From Octopus sinensis (lineage: Eukaryota): a DNA stretch of 64,000 nt. The notes under the pieces are model-generated. The model was not told where the DNA came from, did not search any database, and was given only the letters and a program-made list of their open reading frames with translations. A program made the position numbers and the translations under genes. Numbering within the stretch: the first letter of the stretch is position 1; the number at the start of each line of letters is the position of its first letter. Shown piece after piece: positions 51,723 to 64,000 of this stretch. The stretch is taken from the NCBI RefSeq assembly GCF_006345805.1, contig NC_042997.1, forward strand, positions 9,486,001-9,550,000, given 5' to 3'.

Positions 51723-52729
51723 GAGCCCATGGGTCAGCAATACTTGGGCACTGAACTAGGATATGCAGAACAGTTTCATAAATTCTGGGCACACCTTACG
51801 CAGGCCCAGCTGATGTCACTTCTGTGCCTGTAAAGTTTATCTTGAACAGGTAACTACCCCCCTCGTAACATTTTACTGTCATCCTAAGATCATACAATCA
51901 TCTTATGATCAAATTACTTTTAAAACAAACTTTTAATTTTGTTTTGACAGACACTCTCAAGAACAATACTTTGTGCAAGACCAAAAATATGGTATCCTAG
52001 TCATAATACAAGCTTCAACTTCTAACTTGTATTCTCTTGGAGGTCTCTGGGTGAGACCTGGAGCCAACTTGTACAAATACAAAGCAAAAATCAAACTCAT
52101 AATAATAATAATGGCTATTAGGGCTGTAAACATTGATGCAATTTCAAAAAAAAAACAAAGAAGGTGGGGATTTACATAAAATTGCTAAAAACAGACAGTG
52201 TTAATGTAATTAATAAAGTTAGCAACAAGGTCCAAACAACTGAACTCCCCAGGAAACACTATTCTGGGGTGGTCAAGGAATCCCACAGATCTTAAGCTAT
52301 CTCAGGTAGCACTGGGAAGCTAGGGATTTCTGGAAATTTTCCATGGGCCCTGATTTGAATGTCCTCTCGAAAAGACCAGTGAGTTGACTTCATTACCTTG
52401 CAAAATTTCCCAGAGAACATCATTGCTCTTACCTACCACTAGTCTTCTATAGGACACCATGGTGTTCTATAAAGGATTAGTAATGGATAAGAGTGCATAG
52501 CTCAACCACATTGTCCAACTGGCAGAGGGCAGTGAGTACTTGATGGTGCTTTGGAGTGAGCCTGTCTGCCTTAGTCTATGCTTGATTGTAGGTTGCAAAG
52601 AACTGTTTGCAGCTAATGAGTGTATCCATCTATCCTGCTCCCCTACAACACTGTTGGATGGCATGAGCCTGTCTCAGCACATGCCAAGTTGCATTTCCAA
52701 TGATTTCTTTTGGTTAATTTTTATTCCCG

Positions 52730-53062
52730 TTAGTGTGGGGATCACTAACATGAGAGAGTGAGTTTAATTCCTGGACCTGGCTGTGTGTTATGTTCTTCAG
52801 CAAGATACTTTATTTCACATTGCTCCAGTTCCCTCAACTGTAGAAATTAGTTGTGATATCACTGGTACCAAGCTGCTTTGGCCTTTGCCTTTCCCTTAGA
52901 TCACATTGGTGACGTGGAGAAGAGAGGTTGGCATGCATGGGCAACTGCTGGTCCTCAATAAGCAACCTTGCTTGGACTTGTGCATCGAAGGGTAACTTTC
53001 TAGGGGCAATCCACTGGTCATTCATGGCCAAAGAGAGCCTTTACCCTTTTACCCTTTACCCA
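52730..53062 (+). mobile_element. CORE-like SINE with (TTTACCC)n-type tail
   Basis: TGTTCTTCAGCAAGATACTTTATTTCACATTGCTCCAG resembles the CORE domain; CCTTTACCC repeats at the 3' end. Confidence 0.6.
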
Positions 53063-53524
53063 ACATATTTGAATGTTAGGTGAGTTCCCTGTTATAGACA
53101 TTGCCAGTGCAAGGGCTTCATATTTGAAAAGGACAACTATACTCTTGATCTACCTTATTCTGGTCATATGTTTAATGTTTACTCATATATCTTCGAGGGT
53201 TCTTTCTCCCTGGGTGTATACTGCTGCTTCTAGACATTACCGCTTTTCTAGCACTCAAAGATACAGCCCAATTTTCTAAGCAGTTGTCACCAAAACCTCA
53301 GCTACAGTAGCTGCATGGATTCTCCTCCCGCAAGTTCTGCCTCCCTAGTCTCTTGAGGGAGAATCACAAGTATTTTGTTGACTTTGGCACCGTGCCAGCA
53401 ATATGTTGTTGACTATGTTGACCTGTCATGAACTTTGTCAAATCAATATTGCCATTGTTGCTGTTGCTGTTGTTCTTGCTGTCGCTGTCATTGTTTTGCT
53501 GCTGCTGTTACTGTGTAGCTTTGT

Positions 53525-55720
53525 TGTCCACTAAACATCTTCTTTAGTCACAGCCACCAGGCAAAAGAAAACTGCTTTGGCTGCCCAATTGAAGGAGGGT
53601 AGCTGGGCGATCGTCACTAGAGACTCGGTCATCCCACACATGATAGCAGCTATTCGATATAACCCCACATGTCAGCAATACCCGGACACTCAAAGAGGGC
53701 ATGCAGAATGGTTTTGTCACTCTGCACACACCTCGGACAAGACCATCTGAGAGCACATCCATACCTATAGGGTTTTTCTTGAACTTGTAGCACCCCTCTG
53801 TAGCACTGTCAGACCAAGGACATCTGGAAAATATCTATAATAGTTCCTTACTGGAAAGTCCTCCAGAACAGACTAGCCAGTTCATTCTCATCCACACTCA
53901 GAGTATCCTTGAGAATGTCATCAGACTTCCCCGTGACCAATCGTCTATAAATTTTTAAAGCAGAACATCCGCCAATCCCATTACCCAACTGGTAGAGGGC
54001 TATGAATGCCTGATGACATTCTAGGTGCCAGGCAACCAGTCTTGATCTTTTCTTCACCAAGGATTGCAGTTCCGTCAAGGAGACAAGCTGAGGAAAGATG
54101 AGCCTTGCAAACGGAGCGCACAAACGCTCACTGTGCAGAAATCGTTGCAGGTAGCATAGCCTAAGTGCATGTCTGCACATAAGAGCCACAGCATACCTAA
54201 TCTGCCATTCAGAGGATGCTGGTAACAGACTAACCATTGAAACACATCCCTTCCTCAAGAATTTAAATAAGAGATGCTCCAACCTGGTCAAGCAGTAACC
54301 AGAACACGGCATAACAGTCAGATAATAAATGATAACGGAGGTGATGTAACCATTTTCAGGGACAGCTTCCTCTCAGCCTATTCTGGGTAAGACTGACCAC
54401 TCCATTCGCTATCTCATCCCAGTTCTTATCAACCTGGTGGTGGTAGCAGAACCGCCATTCTTTGAGCTCCATTTTGTTGTTGTTATGGGCAGAGGACCTT
54501 CTAATGTGGGTTATACCCACAAGTGTGGCACTTTGGCTTTCTGTTTTCCACTACAACCTGGAATTGAGCTCCGTTGGGCAGCTCTATAAGGTCAGGGACC
54601 TTATCCAGGGATTCCAGTTTTACCTGGATCAAAAATTCCAACCCAATTCCGGACCAGTTCTCTTTCCAATATTTTTTAATTTCTAGAAGCAAATCGAGGT
54701 CTTCCACCACAGCGCATGCAACCAACCACCAAATGTCTAATTCTGGTGGTACATCTGATATTTTAACTTTCACCACCTGTCATCCAGGATATGTGGGAAG
54801 GAGAAGATTCATGTGTTTGCACTGGACCATTGAGTGTTTCTGGACCAGTTCTTCCATTAGTAACCTCACTCCCACAGAACCATATTGTCTTCCTTGTGTG
54901 AGTCCAAATGTCCATCAAGCATTTTTCTACTTGGATGTATAGCACTTTGAAAATTTTCCTCGTTTTTAGTGACACACATCTGTATACTATAGTCCTTTTG
55001 GCCATCTTCATCAAATTTGAAGGGATAGCAGGCTTGGTTTTCCTATCCCTTCTATTGAGGAGTTTTTCTGCTTCACCCAGGTACACATGTTTTCCTTCCA
55101 GGGAAATTTGCTACTGCAGTTTTGTTACTCCTGCAAAGGAGTTGTTTCTATGGTTGCTATTATTGCTGGTGTTGACTATATCGTTTTTATTGCTGATGTT
55201 GTTCCTCTCATTGTTACTGTTAGTCGGAGCCAAAGCAACACTATTGTTGTGGCGATGTTCATATTGTTGACCGAAGTAGTCAAGCTACTTGCTAATGGAG
55301 GGAAATCATTTATATTATAGCTGTACTACTTATTTTTCTCTCTCTTCAAAGCTTTACTGTTGTTGTTATTGTTACTGCTACTATTGCTGTTCTTGTTGCA
55401 TGTAGTGGTCATGGCTGAGGTGATGGTGGCAGTGATGTCAGAGTTGTTGTTTGCGACTGAGATGGTCATCTTGTTTTGCGAAGAAATGTTACCTTCTCTC
55501 ATTTTTGTGACAAGGCACCTCTCTGTCTCTCCCCCTTTCTCATCAATGACTGAAACTTCCTCGAAACTATTTGTTGCTGCCATTGAGCAAAAATTCAAAA
55601 TTTTTCCACGTGAAATAATAAATGGAATAAATTAGATAAGTCCCCCAAGAAATAGAGGGATATTTAACAAAAAAAGGAACTCACCAGCAGAAGAAGAATC
55701 CTTTATTCTCTACCCTGGTT
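53525..55720 (-). mobile_element. L1/Tx1-like LINE: ORF1 (zinc knuckle) joined to post-RT ORF2; EN/RT missing
   Basis: ORF1 VKVKISDVPPELD..RKPKCHTCG. ORF2 tail DKNWDEI.., LFKFLRKG..RHALRL.YLQRFL, CPRC..TILHALFECP..W (zf-RVT-like). Confidence 0.8.
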
Positions 55721-55819
55721 GAAAATGACAGGAAAGCACTGCTATTTTCTGGAGCAAACTGACAATTTTCAAAAACAAAATATGGAGTCAAGGTCAAGTG
55801 AGGCTTCCTCGGCTGATGG

Positions 55820-55953
55820 CCATAATAATAATAATAATAGTAATAACAATAACAACAACAGAAGCAGCAGCAGCAACAGTAATAACGATGATGATGATAG
55901 TAATAACAATAATAATAATAATAATAATGGTAATAATAATAATAATAATAATA

Positions 55954-56013
<60 letters not shown>

Positions 56014-56045
56014 GTAATAATAATAATGATAATGATGATGATGAT
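55820..56045. repeat. (AAT)n-dominated compound trinucleotide microsatellite
   Basis: Seen directly; source of the poly-N/I/Y ORFs. Confidence 0.97.
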
Positions 56046-56491
56046 AAATGTTAAGCTTCTTAAAGAAATCCTCCCTTGAGCTCAAATGTGGTAAAAGAAA
56101 AATACTCTACACCAACCACTCACATCTACACGAAGACAAATCTTTCCTTCAGTAACATCCTGAAAACTCAAAAGAATATGAGATATTGCTGCTACTAATA
56201 CTACCACAGTATTTCTATCTTTTACAGATTTTCTCCTACAAGACCTAAAAGAATTTGATGTTGTCATTTAGGTATAAAACCTTCATTTTTACAATGTTTA
56301 ATGTATATTTTTTTTTTCCTCTTTTAATGTCTGGGAACAATATTTCATCTCCCATGTTATTAAGAAGACTTGTGGAGTGACAGTTACTAGTCATTCTTCC
56401 CAGAAAAAAAAAATATACATACCAAACTGATGATAGATTGTCTTCATTTTATGATGCATCATCCTCACTGTCATCATCATCATCATCATCA

Positions 56492-56537
<46 letters not shown>

Positions 56538-56589
56538 TATTATTATTTAAAATATAATTGTGTTGATTATATGTTTGTTGTTGTTGTTT

Positions 56590-56800
56590 AGGTGCTGAGC
56601 CAGCAGAATTGTGAGTACAGCAGACAAAATGCTGTAAAGCATTTCATCTGTCTTTAAAATCTGTGTTTAGAATCCACTGAGTTCGGCTTTGCTCTTCAGC
56701 TTTTCGGGGTTGATAAAATAAGTATCAGCTCAGTACTGAGGTCAATGTAATCAACTTAGCCCCTTCTCCAAAATTGCTGGCCTTGAGCCAAAATTTGAAA
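56590..56800 (+). mobile_element. SINE S3, diverged
   Basis: TTTCGGGGTTGATAAAATAAGTATCAG domain. Confidence 0.7.
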
Positions 56801-56999
56801 TCATCATCATTATTATTATTGTTATTATTTACTTTTAATCTTCATGTAATACAACACATACATTTAAATTGATAGGGTTTTTCTAAGGATGTGGACAGTA
56901 ATTGTCAAAATTCTGCCCAGGTTGATTTGTCTCTCATCCTTTCAGTATTGATGAGCACTGAAGTTAATGTAAGCAACTAGCCCTACTAATCCCAAAAAT

Positions 57000-57190
57000 A
57001 TTTCAAGCATTGCCCTCAAGCTGGCAGAATTGTTAGCACACTGGATGAAATACTTAGCAGTATTTTGCCTGTCACAATGTTCTGAGTTCAAATTCCACCG
57101 AGGTTGACTTTACCTTTCATCCTTTTTGGACTCGATAAAATAAGTACCAGTTGACCACAGGGGTCAGTGTAAATGACTCATCCCCTCCCC
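57000..57190 (+). mobile_element. SINE S3
   Basis: GAGTTCAAATTCCACCGAGGTTGACTTTACCTTTCATCC..TAAGTACCAG. Confidence 0.78.
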
Positions 57191-57711
57191 CAACAACGCT
57201 GGTTGTCAAGTGATTGGAGGTTGGGTGACCGACAGAAAAGCAAAGACACACACACACATTCACACACATATATACAACAAGCTTCTTTCAGTTTCTGTCT
57301 GTAAAATCCACTCATAATGCATCAGTTGGCTTGGAGCTATAGTAGAAGACACTTGCCCAAGTTAACCATGTGATTGTAAAGGAAACTTCTTACCACACAG
57401 CCATGCTTAACGTTTCTTTGAATAAGGACATATGTAGAGATGGGAGACACAAAATTTGGACTATAAGAAGCACCTCTCATACAACAAAATGTCCACAAAC
57501 CATAAATTTTAATGTTTAAAATCATGGTGATACTAAAACATGCACCCCACTACTTAAACTGTATTGAGTGGTAGAAGGAGAAATTATTCCTTTTACCAAG
57601 ATACTGATTAGCAGCAATTCCTCTTATCTCAACTCAAATATCCCCAGCTTGACTATTATCCATGGCAGTGACAGGAAAACAGATGAACATGAGACCAACA
57701 AGAGCAGTAGT

Positions 57712-57900
57712 GGAGGCGCAATGGCCCAGTGGTTAGGGAAGCAGACTCGCAGTTGTATGAACGTGGTTTCGATTCCCAGACCAGGCATTGTGTTTATTGA
57801 GCAAAAACACCTAAGCTCCACGAGGCTCTGGCGGGTGGTAGTGGTGAACCCTCTGTATTCTTTCACCACAACTTTCTCTCACTCTTTCTTCCTACTTATG
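57712..57900 (+). mobile_element. SINE S2, 5' half
   Basis: GGCGCAATGGCCCAGTGGTTAGGG..GGTTTCGATTCCC head, homologous to 30916-31315. Confidence 0.82.
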
Positions 57901-59349
57901 CCACAAAGCAGAGGAACCATGGTGTAACCCACTATGCTGTGGTAAACTTTCAGGCCCTAGTCTAGATTGGGAATCCTCTGTTAAATGCCGCCATTTACGG
58001 AATGAGGATAACAACGTAGCTTTCACACCTGTGCAACAACCAGTCTATCGCGTGTGGTGGGTGGATCTTCAAGCTGCCACAGGCATTCTTAGTAGCTTAG
58101 TGTAGGCTCGAATTAGAGATTATTCTCTGTGAGTCCTGAATGAAAGAAGAAGACAACAGCAGTAACAGCAACAACAACAACAGCAGCAGCAACAATAGCA
58201 GCAGTAGCAACAACAAAATAAGCACCAAACAAGTATTGGGGTCAGTGGAATTACCAAATCCCATTACCTTAAAATAGCTGTTGTTGGTTAACCCTAGATC
58301 AGCTTCATTGTGCAGATTTATGATAAAAAAAAGGCTGTGACTATCCCACCTTGTTTTTGGATGTATCGAGGATTCTTTATCAAATATGCTGTTCCTTTCT
58401 TAAGACAGTAGAATGTGACTGTTGAGGGTTCTAGCTGCTATGTCTAGTACCTTATATGACCATTAGAGGTACTCTCACTGCTATTTGATGTTCTCTTCTC
58501 AGAATCAATCGTATCCTAAAATATTGTTAGCCTCTATAATATTCAGACACATATTTGTGTAATCTATTTTTAGATGCTTTTTTTTATGTTGACACTTTTC
58601 CTAAATATATATCTACTCACTTTAGTGAAGCAGGTGATGTCTATGAGTTCTGTTTGTATTACACATCTCTTGTTTTTCAACCCAAGACTACTAACCAAAC
58701 AATTCTTTTTTTTTGTACTAGTTCTTCATTGTTGTACTCTTTTGTAAGAAGAGTTTCTTCTACTTTCATAGTTTCTTTCTTCAAACATCTGTCTCATGGA
58801 ACTCTCTTTCTTATTTCTCTGAAAGAATCTTGATTCTTTTAAATCGCTTTATGGTTTTTAAAGCAGTTTCTCCTTAGATTGCTTCTTTTCCTTTTCTTTT
58901 GCAACTCCCAGCAAAGAAGTTACTTATGGCTTGTTTTATTGCTGCTTACTTGGCACCTTCTATTGTGTGACTGCTGGCAAAAAGAAATAAAATCGACTTT
59001 TTGATGTAATTTTTCATGTAGTGTTTTGTAAATAAGCATTTATCTTGTGCTGGTATCTGGAAGACTTCAATCTTCACTTTTCAAACTAAGTTTTTGAACA
59101 AGTATTGTCATTTTCTTTTAGAATTCATGTTGTCTTCTTTGCATCTGATCAGGTGTTCACAAAAGCGAAGATTTTTCTAATCATCTGTTAAACAGGATCT
59201 TCATATAAGATATAAATAATATTTTGTATTTCCTTGATTTTCTATTTTCATCTTCTTGAGCTTTCCTTCAATTAGCTTATTTGTTACTTTTGTAAATCTC
59301 CATAAAGACGCAGGGAACCCATTAGTATTAATCCAGTGTTACTTCTGTT

Positions 59350-59358
59350 ATGCATATA

Positions 59359-59397
<39 letters not shown>

Positions 59398-59458
59398 TCA
59401 CACACACATATATATACACATACACACATATATATATACATATATATATGTGTATGTG

Positions 59459-59492
<34 letters not shown>

Positions 59493-59585
59493 TACATATA
59501 TATATGTATATATATGTATATATATATACATATATATATATATGCATATATATATACATACATATACATAAATATATGTGTATAC

Positions 59586-59657
<72 letters not shown>
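59350..59657. repeat. Large compound (TA)n/(CA)n microsatellite
   Basis: Seen directly. Confidence 0.97.
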
Positions 59658-59658
<1 letters not shown>

Positions 59659-61209
59659 TGTAAAGCTACAACAGGTATCTAATAATAATTTTCTAATTAC
59701 AGGAGTAATTATAAAATTCTAAATGCAACACTCTGTCTGATTTTGTACATTAATACTTTAGGCTATTGCTTATGTAGCTAATCTTTTAATGTATATTATT
59801 TCATTCTTAGCATTAGAGATTTTCTTGAGTATGACTGTAATGTGTTGATAATATTCTCATTTGGTTCTCTCTTTCATATTTGTCTATAATGGACATTTGT
59901 CTCTAAGTACTTGTAACCTTAAGTATGTTCTTTTTTTTTTTGCCGTCTTTGTCTAAGGAAATCAGTACACGTTTTAATATCACTAGTCCCATAAAATACT
60001 TCTTGTAATATCCTGTAATGTTTCCCAGTTCATTATCATAATTTTCAAAAATGTTAAAATACTTACATAAAAAAAGAATGTTTTCTTACCATTCAATTAT
60101 TATTCCATTTTAGGTAAATTCATATCAATTGAAGGAGAGTAACCCTGATATTATTTTACAATAGTTTTATTTTTATTGTGGAATTTTTGTGCACAAGTGA
60201 ATGTAGGCCTGTGTACCTCAAGTACAGGTCTTGCTTTTGTTTTGAACTTGCTGTTGTATTGAAAGCAATTTCTGAAAAACACTTGTGAAATGCAAAGCAG
60301 TGCTGTTTTCTGTATGTAAATCTAGGTGTAAATCTTAGGGGTTTGGGGTTCGTATTTATCTGTGCCTTTTTAAATAATTTCCCAGGAAGCTATTATTTAA
60401 ACCATTGTTTCTGTTTTCATTTTCCTCATCCTAATAATTTCTATTTCTACATATTTAATAAATTCTCCATTTCTTTTAGCAACACATTATCACCTTTTTG
60501 AATTATTTTGATTAAAAGACATTACTTTCTTCATGGTCTTTGACAACAATGTCTTGCCACTTAGTCTTGATCACCTTATCTGTACAGATTGCCATATCCT
60601 GGGGTATAACATATTTGTTATACTTTGTTTACCTTTTTTTATGTATGCTTATACCACCTCTTTTCAGTGTTTCATCCACTGGATATTTTGATGTAATGTT
60701 CCCAGTGTATGGAAAGCCTTGCTCTAATACTTGTATTCTCCTGAGTAAAACTAGAGAACTGCAGACAATGTGGTTGTTTCTTCTCCTTCCACATATTCTT
60801 CTGTTATTTACCTTATTCTGATTTATTACATAATTTTGTAGTTTATGGGTGGAAGGTTTTCACTCTGAGCCACAATGAAAAATCCTTCAATCACAGTTCT
60901 GAGGCTTGTATTTCTCATCAAAGGCTATCATTTTTCTTTTCTGTTTCCACCCTGTTCAGTTTTTATCTCAGATATTGGCTGTGTAGAACATTTTCTAGCA
61001 TGCCAACAAAAATGATGGAAGATACAAACAAATGGGAGAGATGCTTTTGAGCAATGATACAACAACCCTCAACAGTAACAAATACTATCATCCATACCAC
61101 CACCACTAACAACACCAACATTAGAATCACAAGTAAAACCTAATTCACACCCACATCAACAGTCAAAACATGCCCTAAATATGAACAAAATACATTCTGA
61201 ATATTCTTT

Positions 61210-61420
61210 TCTATTCTAGGCACAAGACCCGACATTTTGAAGGAGGGGGTGGCAATCGATTAGATCAACCCCAGTACACAACTGGTACTTAATTTATCGA
61301 CCCTGAAAGGATAAAAGGCAAAGTCGACCTCAGCAGAATTTGAACTCAGAACATAGAGACAAATGAAATACTACTAAGCATTTTTCCCGGCGTGCTTAAT
61401 GTTTCTGCCAGCTCACCACC
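61210..61420 (-). mobile_element. SINE S3
   Basis: Reverse complement of the S3 domain. Confidence 0.78.
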
Positions 61421-63269
61421 TATACATTCTGAATATTTAAAAAATAATTATCCTGACAAAGTATGACACTTTTGTAGGAATATTAAGAAAGACTATATAA
61501 AGATTTACTTATAGTAATACCACAAACCTTAAGACAGAACACCTGTCCCTCCACAGGAACAAAGCAGATGAATATTTCCTACATTCTTTCTTCTGCATAA
61601 CATAGCCTTACGTAAAATAAGCCGTATGAATGCACATTGCCTGGGGGTACTTGGAAGCAGAGCCACCTACTTGACAATCTGAGGCTATGAGATACTGATG
61701 TGAATGCAATCATCAACACCAGAACTTTGGAACCACAAAATTTCATGCCCTTTTGGTGGGCTATGAAGTGTACACATCTCTATGTCAAATGGATTCAGTA
61801 ACTGGAGTAGAGTGTTATGAAAAGCCAATAACATACATAGAAAGTGATAGCTAGTTGTGCAGGTTAAAATCACCTGTTTTGGATAGTCTACCTTGCAAGC
61901 TTTATTTTCATGTATCAGACTTGCTCAGTAACCTCTTGGTAAACATCTATCACAACTAGCAGCAGAGAAGCAGAATTCCCAATTCTATGAGTCGAGGAGG
62001 CCTAAGTAACTTAAGTACAGGACTTGCTTTTGTTTTGAACTTGCTGCTGTATTGAAAGCAACTTCTGAAAAACACATGAAATGCAAAGCAGTGCTGTTTT
62101 CTGTATGTAAATCTAGGTGCAAATCTTGGGGGTTTGGGGTTCGTATTTATCTGTGTCTTTTTAAATAATTTCCCAGGAAGCTATTATTTAAGCCATTGTT
62201 TCTGTTTTCATTTTCCTCATCCTAATAATCTCTATTTCTACATATTTAATAAATTCTCCATTTCTTTTAGCAACACATTATCATTGCTGCTGAGAAAGGA
62301 TCCAAGTAATAGGGATCACATTTACATTTTTGGGCCCATAACTCTGAAGATTCAAAGGTTTTGGCCAATATGTAAGTGAAATAGCTGATGCTTGTCACCA
62401 GTAGTCTTAGTGGAAGAGCACAAACTTGTACTATCCTAAACAGATCTGGCCATAACAACCTTCATCTCATGTGGTATATCATAGGGGTGGAGGAGAAAAC
62501 TGGCATGAGTGAAGCCTTGATAGATCAGCCAAGGGCCTTTGACTTTCAATACTTGATGGCTATCTTCACAACACTCGTGTAGCAAGTGGGTGGAGGAAGT
62601 CCGCCCCAAGTGGCACTTTTAAAAGGTAGCACTTTTGGGTCTGTTGTAGGCAATAGGTGTCTTTTGTTGGGTACAGGGACAGAAAATAGAATGGCCACCC
62701 CAGGCGGCACACACTCTAGCTATGCTAGTGCTTCACAGCAGCTGATTTTGATTGCGTTTTTAGGGGCTGAATCACAGCAGTGTTCAGCAACATTTGCTCA
62801 GTAGTTAGAGTAAATGGCCAGCTATCAGAAGCATTTTGTATCATGGACTCAATCTATGAATGTTGTCCCCTTTCATCCATTATGTGTATACTAACTGTAT
62901 AAAGTTACTAGAGCTACAATGGAAACTAGAGACTTTGAGAGGCATCTTGCATGAAATAGGATGAAGAAGATCAATGTTGGCATACATGGATAAAGTTACC
63001 ATCACAATGTCAGAGGCAAAGTACATGCAGGTGATTGGCACTTACTACAAGGCGGTAACAGGAGCACAACTTAATCAGGAAATATCAATGGCCCTGAATC
63101 TGTGTACCTGAAATGGGAGATTCTTGCCATCCAATAGCATCATTGGATGTTGGATGGACAGAATGGTTAAACTATTCAAAGTCAAGATCTTCGGGTGAGG
63201 TAGAACTGGGAGAAAATCATCTGTATCATTGGCAATCTCATACATAGTGGCATTTTGTCTATCTTGACA

Positions 63270-63418
63270 TTCTGATTTCAAATTCCACCGAGACCAACTT
63301 TGCCTATATCCTTTTGAGGTCAATGAAATAAGTACCAGTTGAGCCCAGGGGTGTCAATGTAATCAACTTATCCCACTCATCCCCGAACGTACAGGCCTTG
63401 TGCCAAAATTTGAAATCA

Positions 63419-63477
<59 letters not shown>

Positions 63478-63495
63478 ATTAGAATTATTATTATT
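63270..63495 (+). mobile_element. SINE S3 3' part with long (ATT)n tail
   Basis: TTCAAATTCCACCGAGACCAACTTTGCCT..TAAGTACCAG, then ATT repeats. Confidence 0.75.
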
Positions 63496-64000
63496 GAGTG
63501 AGAGAGCAGTGCATGCCATCAAAGTAACACTGGGGTAAAATATACAAAGTCTAGTATACTCATCATGACTGATAATGGTTCACCAAGCACATACATCACA
63601 ACCATATGTATGACATCGTGATCTCATATCAAGGTAAACAGTGCATGACCTTGTAGGTAGGGCGCAGTTAGAATTTTCTTCATGTTGAGTAGCCCACCCC
63701 ACTCAAAAGGTTCCTGAATAAGGGATGTTTAAGGATGTTTCCAAAGGTGAATTATCCAAACCCCAAAGAATTCCTCTCAACACATGGCTATGATACTTCG
63801 CTGCTACTTCTGCTCATGATCAGAGATGCACATATCATCAGACACCAAAAGACATGCTCAACTGGTTAAGATCAAACAACTGACAAGCAAGTCTGTGGTA
63901 TTGAGCAGAATATTTGTTGTAGCCCATCTTTTATACCAAGACAAAGCAATGTACATGATAACCTTTCCGATAAGTTAAGACCAGAAGCCATGAGAGCCAC
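63496..64000. repeat. Probable interspersed repeat of unassigned class, running off the window end
   Basis: Abrupt change to higher GC right after the (ATT)n. Only one copy in the window, so the repeat call is from memory of octopus sequence. Confidence 0.35.

Noticed and set aside
52480-53420. HERO/NeSL-type LINE C-terminal motifs (..KHHQVL.., ..LKRLG..)
   Set aside because: Very weak similarity, and the two pieces are in the wrong order for one element.
58030-58085. Hammerhead on minus (TTGAAGA...GAAAGCTA)
   Set aside because: C3 is absent, and there is no convincing stem II or stem I.
60220-62283. Intact LTR retrotransposon
   Set aside because: No TG start, primer-binding site, polypurine tract, TSD or gag/pol remnant was seen. 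Kept only as a direct repeat.
18-63522. Most ORFs in the six-frame track as host genes
   Set aside because: They are microsatellite translations (YI, CMYV, poly-N/I/D/P), SINE-internal frames or TE fragments. I found no convincing spliced host exon set, though small exons could be missed.

Overview
AT-rich, repeat-saturated eukaryotic DNA with no host protein-coding exon that I can recognise. The SINE families, LINE remnants and microsatellite density fit an octopus/coleoid cephalopod genome (inference from memory, no search run). Contents: many tRNA-derived SINEs; decayed LINEs (RTE, CR1, R4/Dong, L1/Tx1); DNA transposon remnants (Tc1 with both TIRs, Chapaev-like, hAT, Helitron, MITEs); several local duplications of flanking DNA. 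The most striking structure the ORF track does not explain is a set of non-coding palindromic or direct-plus-inverted repeat elements carrying minimal type I hammerhead ribozyme motifs, as in Penelope-like elements. One (31.8-32.5 kb) has two divergent tRNA-like Pol III heads and, on one arm, two intact hammerheads 154 nt apart. Another (35.08-35.40 kb) is a loop-less 320-bp palindrome with one hammerhead per strand. Coordinates of decayed elements are approximate (tens of bp).
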